A DNA stretch of 64,000 nt, taken from IMG/VR virus record IMGVR_UViG_2667527582_000007; one strand, 5' to 3'. Each line of letters opens with the position of its first letter. The stretch's first letter is position 1. A model generated the notes under the pieces. The model searched no databases. It was not told the origin of the DNA and was given only the letters and a program-made list of their open reading frames with translations. Source of the stretch: a virus (lineage: Duplodnaviria; Heunggongvirae; Uroviricota; Caudoviricetes). Shown here piece by piece: positions 9,951 to 20,161 of the stretch. The translations under genes and the position numbers were made by a program.

Positions 9951-10552
9951 TGTCAGCTCAATCCGAGACGGCGCTGCCGGTGCGGCAATCCGGAACGATA
10001 CCGATGCCGGATCGCCCTGCTGTCCCCACGCATTTACCGCCCGGACAGTCAGCCTGTAGTTCCCCAGCGCCAGCTGCGTGAAGCGGTATGTGGTTTCCGT
10101 CGTCCGGGCCGTGCTGACCAGCCGCTCACTGCCATCGTCCGCTGCCACGGTCAGGCGAAGCAGGAAGCTCACCCCCTTCACCACCTTCGGCGTGTCCCAG
10201 CGCGCCAGCACCTGATATTCCCCGCTGTCTGCGGTGACTTCGACAGTCAGGTGCTGCACCGCGGGCGGCGTGACGCCATTCACCGTGCCGCTCAAGTCGC
10301 CGTCAAAGTGCGCCCCGTTATCCACGATGGCTTCTTTTTCGGGTACATGCTGCACGGCGGTGATGGCATACGTGCCGTCGTCGTTCTCACGGATACTCAC
10401 GCAGCGGAACAGGCGCTGGCGCAACGTCGGCAACTTCAGCCCCCACACGCTGTACTCGGCAACGCCGTCAGGAACACGGCTCACTTTTACCTTCACGCCG
10501 TCGGTGACGGACTGGACCTCCACGCTGACCGGATTGCCACTTCCGTCAACCA
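9951..10552 (-). CDS. J: J central fragment
   Basis: ORF 9936..10523 ...EVQSVTDGVKVKVSRVPDGVAEYS...[37 protein letters not shown]. Confidence 0.85.
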
Positions 10553-10562
10553 NNNNNNNNNN

Positions 10563-10939
10563 TCCCTCCAGCGTGTTTTATCTCTGCGAACATAATGCCT
10601 GCGTCATCCGCCAGCAGGAGCTGGACTTCACTGATGCCCGTTATATCTGCGAAAAGACCGGGATCTGGACCCGTGATGGCATTCTCTGGTTTTCGTCATC
10701 CGGTGAAGAGATTGAACCGCCTGACAGCGTGACCTTTCACATCTGGACGGCGTACAGCCCGTTCACCACCTGGGTGCAGATTGTCAAAGACTGGATGAAG
10801 ACGAAAGGGGATACGGGAAAACGTAAAACCTTCGTGAACACCACGCTCGGTGAGACGTGGGAAGCGAAAATCGGCGAACGTCCGGATGCTGAAGTGATGG
10901 CAGAGCGGAAAGAGCATTATTCAGCGCCCGTTCCTGACC
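10563..10939 (+). CDS. A: Terminase large subunit A, internal fragment
   Basis: ...SSVFYLCEHNACVIRQQELDFTDARYICEKTGIWTRDG...KEHYSAPVPD. Confidence 0.85.
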
Positions 10940-10949
10940 NNNNNNNNNN

Positions 10950-11944
10950 TCTGACCGGCAAACTTATCCGCAGCGAGGATGAGGGGCTGGTCACCCACTG
11001 GCACTATGACGAAGCAGACCGCCTCACGCACCGCACCGTGAATGGCGAAACCGCAGAGCGGTGGCGGTATGACGAACGCGGCTGGCTGACAGACACCAGC
11101 CATATCAGCGAAGGGCACCGGGTGGCGGTGTATTACGGATATGATGAGAAAGGCCGGCTGACCGGTGAGCGTCAGACGGTGCATCATCCGCAGACGAATG
11201 AACTGCTCTGGCAGCATGAGACCAGACATGCGTACAACGCACAGGGACTGGCGAACCGCTGTATACCGGACAGCCTGCCCGCCGTGGAATGGCTGACCTA
11301 CGGCAGCGGCTGGCTGGCAGGCATGAAGCTCGGCGACACACCGCTGGTGGATTTCACCCGCGACCGCCTGCACCGGGAAACGCTGCGCAGCTTCGGTCGT
11401 TATGAACTCACCACCGCTTACACCCCTGCCGGGCAGTTACAGCGTCAGCACCTGAACAGCCTGCAGTATGACCGCGATTACACCTGGAACGACAACGGCG
11501 AACTCATCCGCATCAGCAGCCCGCGCCAGACCCGGAGTTACAGCTACAGCACCACCGGCAGGCTGACCGGCGTTCACACCACCGCAGCGAATCTGGATAT
11601 CCGCATCCCGTATGCCACGGACCCGGCGGGCAACCGCCTGCCCGACCCGGAGCTGCACCCGGACAGCACCCTCAGCATGTGGCCGGATAACCGTATCGCC
11701 CGTGACGCGCACTATCTTTACCGGTATGACCGTCACGGCAGGCTGACGGAGAAAACCGACCTCATCCCGGAAGGGGTTATCCGCACGGATGATGAGCGCA
11801 CCCACCGGTACCATTACGACAGTCAGCACCGGCTGGTGCACTACACGCGGACACAATATGCAGAGCCGCTGGTCGAAAGCCGCTATCTTTACGACCCGCT
11901 GGGCCGCAGGGTGGCAAAACGGGTATGGCGACGTGAACGGGACC
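10950..11944 (+). CDS. Rhs core (YD-repeat) fragment
   Basis: ...[46 protein letters not shown]...[20 protein letters not shown]. Confidence 0.85.
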
Positions 11945-11954
11945 NNNNNNNNNN

Positions 11955-12184
11955 CGACCAGAGCGGAACGGTAAACGGTGTCACGCCGCCAGCGGTGCAG
12001 CACCTGACCGCAGAAGTCACCGCAGACAGCGGGGAATACCAGGTGCTGGCGCGCTGGGACACGCCGAAGGTGGTGAAGGGCGTGAGTTTCCTGCTTCGCC
12101 TGACCGTGGCAGCGGATGACGGCAGTGAGCGGCTGGTCAGCACGGCCCGGACGACGGAAACCACATACCGCTTCACGCAGCTGG
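11955..12184 (+). CDS. J: J central fragment
   Basis: SGTVNGVTPPAVQHLTAEVTADSGEYQVLARWDTPKVVKG... Confidence 0.8.
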
Positions 12185-12194
12185 NNNNNNNNNN

Positions 12195-12366
12195 ACCCGG
12201 AACTCTTCCCGCTCAAGCGCGGCCATATGCAGTCGCAGCCATTCACGTACGGCGTGGGTAGAGGTGAAGGCTACGCCGGGCTCATGCAGGTGGCGGTCCA
12301 GAGCCCTGAGCGCCCGCTGAATGAGACGCCGGTCCTGTGGCGTCATCTCGCCGGGTAAAAAGGAAA
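12195..12366 (-). CDS. RadC-like protein N-terminal fragment (second copy)
   Basis: ...MTPQDRRLIQRALRALDRHLHEPGVAFTSTHAVREWLRLHMAALEREEFR. Confidence 0.65.
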
Positions 12367-12376
12367 NNNNNNNNNN

Positions 12377-12548
12377 CCTGGGTAGCCGAAACTCCACTTC
12401 AGTTCTGGCATAAACTCAAAGTTCATCCCGTAGCTGGAGGCAACCAGCGTTGGCGGCAGGAACACGACGGATACCACCGAGAAAATTTTGATGATGCGGT
12501 TCTGCTCGATGTTGATAAAACCCATTGCCGCCTGCATCAGGAAGTTCA
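12377..12548 (-). CDS. corA: CorA Mg2+ transporter C-terminal fragment (divergent second allele)
   Basis: ...[46 protein letters not shown]; ~5% nt different from 36961-37130. Confidence 0.8.
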
Positions 12549-12591
12549 NNNNNNNNNNCAGTCATCTTACTTTTTTTGATATCGCCTCGTT

Positions 12592-12678
12592 TGGTGCGAG
12601 GGGGGGGACTTGAACCCCCACGTCCGTAAGAACACTAACACCTGAAGCTAGCGCGTCTACCAATTCCGCCACCTTCGC
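12592..12678 (-). tRNA. tRNA-Leu (CAG)
   Basis: Reverse complement gcgaaggtggcggaattggtagacgcgctagcttcaggtgttag...ctcgcacca. Confidence 0.9.
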
Positions 12679-12706
12679 CCAGTGCGAGCAATATCAACGT
12701 GGTTTT

Positions 12707-12769
12707 TGGTGCGAGGGGGGGGACTTGAACCCCCACGTCCGTAAGGACACTAACACCTGAAGCTAGCGC
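12707..12769 (-). tRNA. tRNA-Leu (CAG), partial second tandem copy
   Basis: Same 3' sequence; truncated by N run. Confidence 0.8.
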
Positions 12770-12779
12770 NNNNNNNNNN

Positions 12780-13183
12780 TGCAGATTTTTGTGACGCTGC
12801 AGCATTCGTTTCTGACGTTTTCGCCGCACCGGCACTGGTAGCCGCCGCGCTTTTTGAGGACTCTGCAGCGGCAGCACTTTTTGATGCTTCAGTAGCCTTT
12901 GTTGATGCCGTTCCTGCGCTGGAAGACGCTGACTGAGCCGACGTCGCGGCCTGCCCGGCTGATGTGCTGGCTGCACGTGCTGAGCCTGCAGCATCAGTCG
13001 CATGGGTTGCCGCCTCACGGGCTGATGTGCCGGCATCACTGGCTGACTTCTTCGCGGCTGCCGTGTTCTGTGCCACTGCGGACGCGTTACGCGCCACCTC
13101 TTCCACCATCAGTTCAAAACGGCGCAGTGCCTCCGGACGGGCATCATCCTCCGTCATGGCACCGAGAAAATCATTCAGCGTAC
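12780..13183 (-). CDS. stf: Stf N-terminal region fragment
   Basis: ...TLNDFLGAMTEDDARPEALRRFELMVEEVARNASAVAQNTAAAKKSASDAGTS... Confidence 0.8.
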
Positions 13184-13193
13184 NNNNNNNNNN

Positions 13194-13261
13194 ACCCCCG
13201 GTAGAGTTGCCCCTACTCCGGTTTTCGAGACCGGTCCGTTCAGCCGCTCCGGCATCTCTCC
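13194..13261 (-). tRNA. serU: tRNA-Ser (CGA), 5' 68 nt; 3' end lost in N run
   Basis: Reverse complement ggagagatgccggagcggctgaacggaccggtctcgaaaaccggagtaggggcaactctaccgggggt. Confidence 0.85.
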
Positions 13262-13354
13262 GTTCAGATGGTTGCCATGATGCCAGGAAATTTGGCATTT
13301 TAACAGTCCCTGTCCGTGCAATTTTGTTCAAGTGACGAGTTTGCGAGCAAAACG

Positions 13355-14152
13355 ATGATTAAGTGGCCCTGGAAAGTACAAGAATCAGCACATCAAACTG
13401 CCCTTCCCTGGCAGGAAGCACTATCGATCCCCCTTTTAACGTGTCTGACGGAACAGGAACAAAGCAAATTAGTCACTCTTGCCGAACGTTTTTTACAGCA
13501 AAAGCGGCTTGTTCCTTTACAGGGCTTTGAACTGGATTCATTAAGAAGCTGCCGGATAGCACTTCTATTTTGCCTACCCGTTCTGGAGTTAGGACTGGAA
13601 TGGCTGGATGGTTTTCATGAAGTCTTAATTTATCCTGCGCCATTTGTGGTCGATGATGAATGGGAAGACGATATCGGTCTGGTGCATAACCAACGTATTG
13701 TTCAGTCAGGTCAGAGCTGGCAGCAAGGGCCTATCGTTTTGAACTGGTTGGATATACAAGATTCTTTTGATGCTTCTGGTTTTAACCTGATTATTCATGA
13801 AGTCGCTCATAAGCTGGACACCCGTAACGGCGATCGCGCCAGCGGAGTTCCCTTTATTCCGTTGCGTGAGGTTGCTGGCTGGGAACACGATCTTCATGCT
13901 GCAATGAACAACATTCAGGAAGAAATCGAATTGGTTGGCGAGAATGCGGCGAGCATTGATGCTTATGCAGCCAGCGATCCTGCTGAATGTTTTGCCGTAC
14001 TTTCTGAATATTTCTTTAGCGCCCCAGAACTTTTTGCTCCTCGTTTCCCTTCATTGTGGCAACGTTTCTGCCAATTTTATCAACAAGATCCTTTGCAGAG
14101 ACTGCATCACGCTAATGATACAGACTCGTTTTCGGCGACGAATGTTCATTAA
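13355..14152 (+). CDS. mtfA: MtfA (Mlc titration factor A, zinc peptidase)
   Basis: 265-aa [12 protein letters not shown]... with IIHEVAH motif; adjacent to tRNA-Ser/Asn. Confidence 0.8.
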   Translation: MIKWPWKVQESAHQTALPWQEALSIPLLTCLTEQEQSKLVTLAERFLQQKRLVPLQGFELDSLRSCRIALLFCLPVLELGLEWLDGFHEVLIYPAPFVVDDEWEDDIGLVHNQRIVQSGQSWQQGPIVLNWLDIQDSFDASGFNLIIHEVAHKLDTRNGDRASGVPFIPLREVAGWEHDLHAAMNNIQEEIELVGENAASIDAYAASDPAECFAVLSEYFFSAPELFAPRFPSLWQRFCQFYQQDPLQRLHHANDTDSFSATNVH

Positions 14153-14252
14153 TTAACAACTTTGCAGATTAATTAACCAATTGAAATGACTTATGAAATT
14201 TAGTGTTGACAGACAAGGTACCGCTAAGTAATATTCGCCCCGTTCACACGAT

Positions 14253-14328
14253 TCCTCTGTAGTTCAGTCGGTAGAACGGCGGACTGTTAATCCGTATGTC
14301 ACTGGTTCGAGTCCAGTCAGAGGAGCCA
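14253..14328 (+). tRNA. tRNA-Asn (GUU)
   Basis: tcctctgtagttcagtcggtagaacggcggactgttaatccgtatgtcactggttcgagtccagtcagaggagcca. Confidence 0.9.
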
Positions 14329-14337
14329 AATTCCTGA

Positions 14338-14366
14338 AAAGCCCGCTTTTATAGCGGGATTTTTGC
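14338..14366 (+). terminator. Rho-independent terminator after tRNA-Asn
   Basis: agcccgc-ttttata-gcgggat hairpin followed by ttttt. Confidence 0.6.
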
Positions 14367-15316
14367 TATATCTGATAATCAATTTCCTCTTCACTGCTTT
14401 CCATCACCTGCCGCTTGATATCCTCAACTGACAGTCCTGCATTACAAAGTTCCAGAAAGCGCCAGACATAGTTACGCTGAAGTTGTCCTCGCTTCAGTCC
14501 CAACCAGACAGTATTAGCATCAAAAAGATGCCGCGTATCCAGGCGGATTAAATTCTCTTCCTCTTGTTCGCCACTGGATTGCTCGGCAACTAATCCGATC
14601 CCAAGCCCAAGAGCAACATAGGTTTTAATGACATCAGAATCCTGCGCACTTAATACAATATCTGCCAGCAAACCTTTGCGGGCAAATGCGTCATCAATAC
14701 GTGAGCGCCCCGTAATCCCCTGTCGGTAAGTGATTAACGGCCACTTCGCTATTGATTCCAGCGTCAATGGTGAAATTTGCGTCAAGGGATGATCGTGTGG
14801 AACAAGCAAACTATGGTGCCAACGAAACCACGGGAAGGCGACGAGCTGCGGGTCATTACTCAAACGCTCGCTGGCGATACCAATATCAGCTTCGCCATTT
14901 TGCAACAATGTCGCAATTTCCTGTGGCGTCCCCTGGATTAGCTCGAGCCGAACCTCCGGGAAAAGTTCGCGAAAAGCTTTAATGACCTCTGGCAAGCTAT
15001 AACGTGCCTGAGTATGCGTCGTTGCAATAGTGAGAACGCCAGACGTATCGTTGGTAAACAGGTCTGCAAGCCGACGAACATTACTGGCTTCATTCAGAAT
15101 ACGTTCTGCAATGACCAGTAATGCTTTGCCCGGTTCAGTCATGCCCAGCAGTCGCTTACCTCGTCGAACAAATATTTCGATGCCAAGTTCATCCTCCAGT
15201 TCCCGAATATGACGGCTGACGCCTGACTGTGAGGTAAAAAGCATATTCGCAACCTCTGTCAGGTTGTAATCCTGACGTGCAGCCTCGCGGATTATCTTTA
15301 GTTGTTGGAAATTCAC
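14366..15316 (-). CDS. cbl: Cbl, LysR-type regulator
   Basis: 316-aa ORF MNFQQLKIIREAARQDYNLTEVANMLFTSQSGVSRHIRELE... Confidence 0.85.
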   Translation of the reverse strand: MNFQQLKIIREAARQDYNLTEVANMLFTSQSGVSRHIRELEDELGIEIFVRRGKRLLGMTEPGKALLVIAERILNEASNVRRLADLFTNDTSGVLTIATTHTQARYSLPEVIKAFRELFPEVRLELIQGTPQEIATLLQNGEADIGIASERLSNDPQLVAFPWFRWHHSLLVPHDHPLTQISPLTLESIAKWPLITYRQGITGRSRIDDAFARKGLLADIVLSAQDSDVIKTYVALGLGIGLVAEQSSGEQEEENLIRLDTRHLFDANTVWLGLKRGQLQRNYVWRFLELCNAGLSVEDIKRQVMESSEEEIDYQI

Positions 15317-15417
15317 GGTAAACTCCGGGCAGTTCAGATTTCCCGTTATTGTTAAAGTCTAATGCCCGGCATAACAAATAATAAAAACCCGCATCTTATT
15401 CCATCCCGATATAACAC

Positions 15418-16335
15418 TTAGCTCACCAATTGCCACTGCCTTTTTTCCATCACTGGAGAACTAATCACTGACATTAACAACTCTTTCACTGCCTGTGCCT
15501 GTGGCGATAAGTTCGCTCTGGCGGGTAAATTTAATGACAAAGAGAGACTCATGGAAGGAGTGGTAATGCGTGACATCCACCCATTTACTGCGCCACATAA
15601 CGAACGCGCGGCCGATTCGGGTAATACTGCAACGCCCATGCCGCTGGCAATCGCTGCGGTAAGCGTGGCAATAGACTCAATTTCACCAATAACTTTTGCC
15701 GTGAGTCGCCGTAGGGAAAAAGCCTCATCAACACGAAGTCTAATAGCACTGTAATCACTGGGGAGAAAGAGGTTCATTTGCGCAATAGCATTCACATTAA
15801 CGCTTTGCCCCGGGCAATCTTGAGTTCCTACCAGAAAAAGATCTTCTTTCAGCAAAGCCTGACTGGATACACCAGCCACAGGGGAATGCTCATAAATCAC
15901 CGCCATATCGAGTTGGTGATTTATCAATTTTTCGTTAAGCACTGCACCACTATTTTCATGAAGATAGATAACGATCTCCGGAAATTCAGCGCGAACCGCC
16001 TGTAATAAGGGCATGGTGATGGATGACGCAGCGGTTCCTGGTGCAAAGCCAATCGAGACTTGCCCCGATAATGCCTGACCAACGTTATGCACCGCCAGTT
16101 GGGCCTGTTCACACTGACGTAAAATGGCCCGCGCATGGGTATAGAGAATTTTTCCGGCGTCTGTTGGTGTAACGCCCCGCTTTGTACGGATCAAAAGTTG
16201 TTGATTTAACTCACCTTCCAGTGTGGCAACCTGCTGGCTGAGCGCTGGTTGTGCGATATGCAATACTTCAGCAGCCTGGGTCAGGCTACCAATATCTACA
16301 ATTTTTACGAAGTATTTCAGGCGTCTGAAGTTCAT
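15418..16335 (-). CDS. nac: Nac, nitrogen assimilation control LysR-type regulator
   Basis: MNFRRLKYFVKIVDIGSLTQAAEVLHIAQPALSQQVATLEGELNQQLL...; downstream of cbl as in E. coli. Confidence 0.85.
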   Translation of the reverse strand: MNFRRLKYFVKIVDIGSLTQAAEVLHIAQPALSQQVATLEGELNQQLLIRTKRGVTPTDAGKILYTHARAILRQCEQAQLAVHNVGQALSGQVSIGFAPGTAASSITMPLLQAVRAEFPEIVIYLHENSGAVLNEKLINHQLDMAVIYEHSPVAGVSSQALLKEDLFLVGTQDCPGQSVNVNAIAQMNLFLPSDYSAIRLRVDEAFSLRRLTAKVIGEIESIATLTAAIASGMGVAVLPESAARSLCGAVNGWMSRITTPSMSLSLSLNLPARANLSPQAQAVKELLMSVISSPVMEKRQWQLVS

Positions 16336-16661
16336 GTTGCCTCCGGTTTTTAAGAATCGGCCCAAGTGCCGCCATTACTTACAACCAGATTGCAAGATGC
16401 TTGCCAGTTTTATTTTGGTGTTGATGTACAAGCTAACCAACTGTCAAATAAGAGATTATGATAGATTCGTCATTTGCTCCTTTAATCAGCTGTCGCGTTC
16501 CCCTGCCCTATAAAAGGAGGGTATGCACCACGATGGTTCATTACCCAATAAGATTGAAAGCTCACCACTTTGTTGAAATTGACAGCAAACAAACAAAAAA
16601 ATGCATTTCACCCTTTGACATCACCATGCACTGCCATTAATATGCGCCCCGTTCACACGAT

Positions 16662-16708
16662 TCCTCTGTAGTTCAGTCGGTAGAACGGCGGACTGTTAAT
16701 CCGTATGT
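16662..16708 (+). tRNA. tRNA-Asn (GUU), 5' 47 nt; truncated by N run
   Basis: Same sequence and upstream flank as 14253-14328. Confidence 0.8.
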
Positions 16709-16718
16709 NNNNNNNNNN

Positions 16719-17002
16719 CGCCCGTGCCTTTTCCCGCGAGGTTGAAGCGGCATGGAAAGAGTTTGCCGAGGATGACTGCTGCTGCATTGACGTTGAGCGA
16801 AAACGCACGTTTACCATGATGATTCGGGAAGGTGTGGCCATGCACGCCTTTAACGGTGAACTGTTCGTTCAGGCCACCTGGGATACCAGTTCGTCGCGGC
16901 TTTTCCGGACACAGTTCCGGATGGTCAGCCCGAAGCGCATCAGCAACCCGAACAATACCGGCGACAGCCGGAACTGCCGTGCCGGTGTGCAGATTAATGA
17001 CA
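16719..17002 (+). CDS. B: Portal protein B, internal fragment
   Basis: ...ARAFSREVEAAWKEFAEDDCCCIDVERKRTFTMMIREGVAMHAFNGELFVQATWDTSSSRLFRTQFRMVSPKR... Confidence 0.85.
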
Positions 17003-17012
17003 NNNNNNNNNN

Positions 17013-17231
17013 TGCCTGAGTGTTCCCCAGCACCATCGTGTTGTCCGGAAGGAAGTTCTTTTTGACGTCGTTTTCCACGTACTGTCCGGAATACACGACG
17101 ATCGCCGTATCGCCATACATCCCCTTATAGGACACCGCTTCGCCCAGGTCTTTTACCGCTGTCTCCAGCTCGGAATTAGAGCCGCGACGGGTATCCAGCT
17201 TCTCCTTGACGGCTTTGAAGGAACGGAACAG
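17013..17231 (-). CDS. E: Major capsid protein E, internal fragment
   Basis: ...GWALFRSFKAVKEKLDTRRGSNSELETAVKDLGEAVSYKGMYGD... Confidence 0.85.
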
Positions 17232-17241
17232 CGCCCAGCCT

Positions 17242-17469
17242 NNNNNNNNNNCGTGGTGCGTAACGGTAAAAGTACTGCCGGACATCAGCGTTATCTCTGC
17301 TCTCACTGCCGTAAAACATGGCAGCTACAGTTCACTTACACCGCCTCTCAGCCCGGTACACACCAGAAAATTATTGATATGGCCATGAATGGCGTCGGAT
17401 GTCGTGCCAGTGCACGCATTATGGGCGTTGGCCTCAACACGGTTTTACGTCACTTAAAAAACTCAGGCC
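17242..17469 (+). mobile_element. insA: IS1 InsA fragment
   Basis: ...[71 protein letters not shown]. Confidence 0.9.
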
Positions 17470-17479
17470 NNNNNNNNNN

Positions 17480-17724
17480 TCCGGCGGTAAAGAATGATCC
17501 GGCAATGGCGGCTGCTCCCAGGACAATCTGGAATACGCCCCCTGACTTGGCCCCGGCGACTCTGGGAACAATATGAATCACAGCGCCGTCAGGCAGAACC
17601 TCATGTAACTGCGCCGTCAATCCGGACGTGCTGACATCCCGCCCGGCAATCCGTACCTGATACCAGCCGTCGCTCAGTTTCTGACGAAACGCCGGGTTCT
17701 GCATGGCCAGCGCCCGGATGGCTT
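17480..17724 (-). CDS. I: Tail assembly protein I, internal fragment (lambda-identical allele)
   Basis: MQNPAFRQKLSDGWYQVRIAGRDVSTSGLTAQLHEVLPDGAVIHIVPRVAGAKSGGVFQIVLGAAAIAGSFFTAG. Confidence 0.85.
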
Positions 17725-17734
17725 NNNNNNNNNN

Positions 17735-18279
17735 CGTGTATCAAGACTTGAAAACGCTACCAGTGCTACACAGATACCTAACGACAACAGGAAAAAAAAC
17801 CATACCCAAAAGGTAGTGAATCGTTTGCTTTTAACTGGGGATTGTTCAGGTGGCGTTGCGGTGTTTTGAATGTTAAGACTGTGGGAGGGAGAATCTGTGG
17901 CAGGAACCGCCTCTGGTATAGGGGGAGGCGAAGATAGCATTATTTCCTCTCCCTCTTCTTCGCTGTACCAGATAACCGGCACCATTAATTTATAGCCGCG
18001 CTTTGGTACAGTAGCGATATAGACAGGACTATCTTCATCATTATCTTTTAATGACTTACGTAGTTCTGAGATACTCTGCGTCACAACGTGATTGGTGACA
18101 ATACTTCTCTTCCAGACATTATCGATAAGTTCATCCCTGCTAAGTACTTCGCCACTGTGTTGAGCAAAGAAAACCAGAAGATCGATTAATCTCGGCTCAA
18201 GGGTAAGTTGACGCCCATTGCGGCTAATTTGGTTTATGGACGGAGTAACAAGCCATTCGCCAACGCGAACTACAGGTTG
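17735..18279 (-). pseudogene. cadC: cadC 5' portion, interrupted at codon 2-3 by IS1
   Basis: Minus strand reads QPVVRVGEWLVTPSINQISRNGRQLTLEPRLIDLLVFF...TTFWVWFFFLL; the start codon is replaced by the IS1 terminus at 18280. Confidence 0.7.
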
Positions 18280-18340
18280 GGTGATGCTGCCAACTTACTG
18301 ATTTAGTGTATGATGGTGTTTTTGAGGTGCTCCAGTGGCT
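18280..18340 (+). mobile_element. IS1 left terminus abutting cadC
   Basis: ggtgatgctgccaacttactgatttagtgtatgatggtg... Confidence 0.9.
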
Positions 18341-18350
18341 NNNNNNNNNN

Positions 18351-18496
18351 GTTGAAGGTCCGGTGGATGGATTAAAAAGCGTGCTGCTGAACAGTACGCC
18401 GGTGCTGGACAGTGAGGGGAATACCAACATCACCGGTGTCACGGTGGTGTTCCGGGCTGGTGAGCAGGAGCAGACTCCGCCGGAGGGATTTGAATC
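18351..18496 (+). CDS. J: J N-terminal fragment
   Basis: VEGPVDGLKSVLLNSTPVLDSEGNTNITGVTVVFRAGEQEQTPPEGFE. Confidence 0.8.
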
Positions 18497-18506
18497 NNNN
18501 NNNNNN

Positions 18507-18869
18507 TGCCACATCCGGGGAAGCGGGGATAACTTCATTCCCGTCCGGGCCAAAGCGGACGCCTCCGGCAAGCCCTGCCGCTTTCTGCATCAGCACATCA
18601 TCTTCAGGCTCTTCGTCAGCCTCACGCCGGTTCAGCAGACTGAAATCCAGCGGATGCATCTCCGGATCGCTGAAAAACAGGCTGAGCACGGTGTACGTCA
18701 GCCCGGAAAAGTGCATATCCAGCAGAACATCATGAAAATAATGGGTACTGTAAAAGCGGTGCCAGTCGGCATACTCCGTGGATGACATCCCGGCAAGCAT
18801 GGCACGCCAGTCGGGTCGCCCCATCTCACGCGCCAGTTTCAGGGCAAAACTCAGCTCACCGTCGAACAC
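18507..18869 (-). CDS. T: Tail assembly protein T region (G-T frameshift extension), partial
   Basis: ORF 18372..18869 ...MAGMSSTEYADWHRFYSTHYFHDVLLDMHFSGLTYTVLSLFFSDPEMHPLDFSLLNRREADEE... Confidence 0.75.
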
Positions 18870-19273
18870 TTTCCCGCAGAAACAGGCTCTGCAGGCCCGG
18901 CGTCCTCTGCCTGTTCAGGAGCATCATTCACCACAAACTCATACATACCGGACAGCCGGTACACCACGTTTTCAGCATGAGAAATTGCCTCTGTAGGCCA
19001 GGTGGTAAGCACTTCCTGCTCAATCTGTTTAACGGCTTCATTCATGGAAGGCTGCTTTGTCTTCTGCGGATGGTTATGCCACAGGGACATCGCTACCACA
19101 AAAGCACCGGTTCTGATGGCGTCTTCTACAGTAAACTTCCGGTTGCTGTCTGACTCCGCCTGTTCTGCCTGCCGTTTCATCAGGGCGAGATGCTCAATAC
19201 GCTGCAGGGCTGACAGTTCAGAAAGCGTGACGGTCACACCGTTATGTTCAAATGATTCGGTTTTCAGGAACAT
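18851..19273 (-). CDS. G: Tail assembly chaperone G
   Basis: 140-aa ORF MFLKTESFEHNGVTVTLSELSALQRIEHLALMKRQAEQAESDSNRKF... Confidence 0.85.
   Translation of the reverse strand: MFLKTESFEHNGVTVTLSELSALQRIEHLALMKRQAEQAESDSNRKFTVEDAIRTGAFVVAMSLWHNHPQKTKQPSMNEAVKQIEQEVLTTWPTEAISHAENVVYRLSGMYEFVVNDAPEQAEDAGPAEPVSAGKCSTVS
18869..18875 (-). promoter_or_regulatory. G GGA AAG slippery heptamer for the G-T programmed -1 frameshift
   Basis: Minus strand ...ctg cgg gaa agt gtt cga cgg tga at the G 3' end. Confidence 0.7.
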
Positions 19274-19288
19274 CGCTGACTCTCCGGA

Positions 19289-19677
19289 TTAACTGGCGGT
19301 GACGTTGATTTCTGCAACCGCAGCAAGTTCACCATTACCGGATACGACCGGAATGTTGACCTTGCCTGCAGCAACACCTTTCACGGTGATGGTCATACCA
19401 CTGACCGACACGGTGGCTTTTGTTTTATCCGCAGACACCGCACGGAAGCTCTTGTCGGTTGCGCCCTCCGGCTGGAATGCCACGGTCAGTGTGGTGCTCT
19501 GCCCTTTCACTACGGAAGCACTGGCGGGTGTCACCGTCATGCCGGTTGTCGCCGTCACCGTGCTGCGATCTTCTGCCATCGACGGACGTCCCACATTGGT
19601 GACCTTCACCGTGCGGGTGATCACTTCCTTCGCCGTCACCGCCTTACCGATACTGCTGACCCAGCCACGGAACACAT
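19289..19677 (-). CDS. V: Major tail protein V, C-terminal part
   Basis: ...[42 protein letters not shown]...[18 protein letters not shown]. Confidence 0.85.
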
Positions 19678-19754
19678 NNNNNNNNNNCGTTCGTGTCCGT
19701 AAAACTGGCGTAATCATGGCCCTTCGGGGCCATTTTCTCTCTGTGGAGGAGTCC

Positions 19755-20150
19755 ATGACGAAAGATGAACTGATTGCCCGTCTTCAGGTGCTGGGTGAGC
19801 AACTGAACCGTGATGTCAGCCTGACGGGGACGAAAGAAGAACTGGCACTCCGTGTGGCAGAGCTGGAAGAGGAGCTTGATGACACGGATGACGCTGCCGG
19901 TCAGGACACATCTGTCAGCCCGGAAAATGCGCTGACCGGACATGAAAATGAGGTTGTATCAGCGCAGCCGGATACCGTGATTGATACGGCTGATCTGGTC
20001 ACGGTTGTGGCACTGGTGACGCTGCATACTGATGCACTTCACGCCACGCGGGATGAGGCTGTGGCATTTGTGCTGCCGGGAACGGCGTTTCGTGTCTCTG
20101 CCGGTGTGGCAGCCGAAATGACAGAACATGGCCTGGCCAGAATGCAATAA
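19755..20150 (+). CDS. FI: DNA-packaging protein FI
   Basis: MTKDELIARLQVLGEQLNRDVSLTGTKEELALRVAELEEELDDTD...; preceded by E stop and atggcccttcggggccat hairpin. Confidence 0.85.
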   Translation: MTKDELIARLQVLGEQLNRDVSLTGTKEELALRVAELEEELDDTDDAAGQDTSVSPENALTGHENEVVSAQPDTVIDTADLVTVVALVTLHTDALHATRDEAVAFVLPGTAFRVSAGVAAEMTEHGLARMQ

Positions 20151-20161
20151 CGGGAGGCGCT

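Noticed and set aside
10921-12246. Minus-strand ORFs (150 and 269 aa) inside the Rhs core block
   Set aside because: Antisense to a strongly recognisable Rhs YD-repeat frame; no independent coding signal.
10234-12261. 675-aa plus-strand ORF combining terminase A, Rhs core and J segments
   Set aside because: It crosses four N runs (10553, 10940, 11945, 12185); it is a chimera of separate contig fragments, not a single gene.
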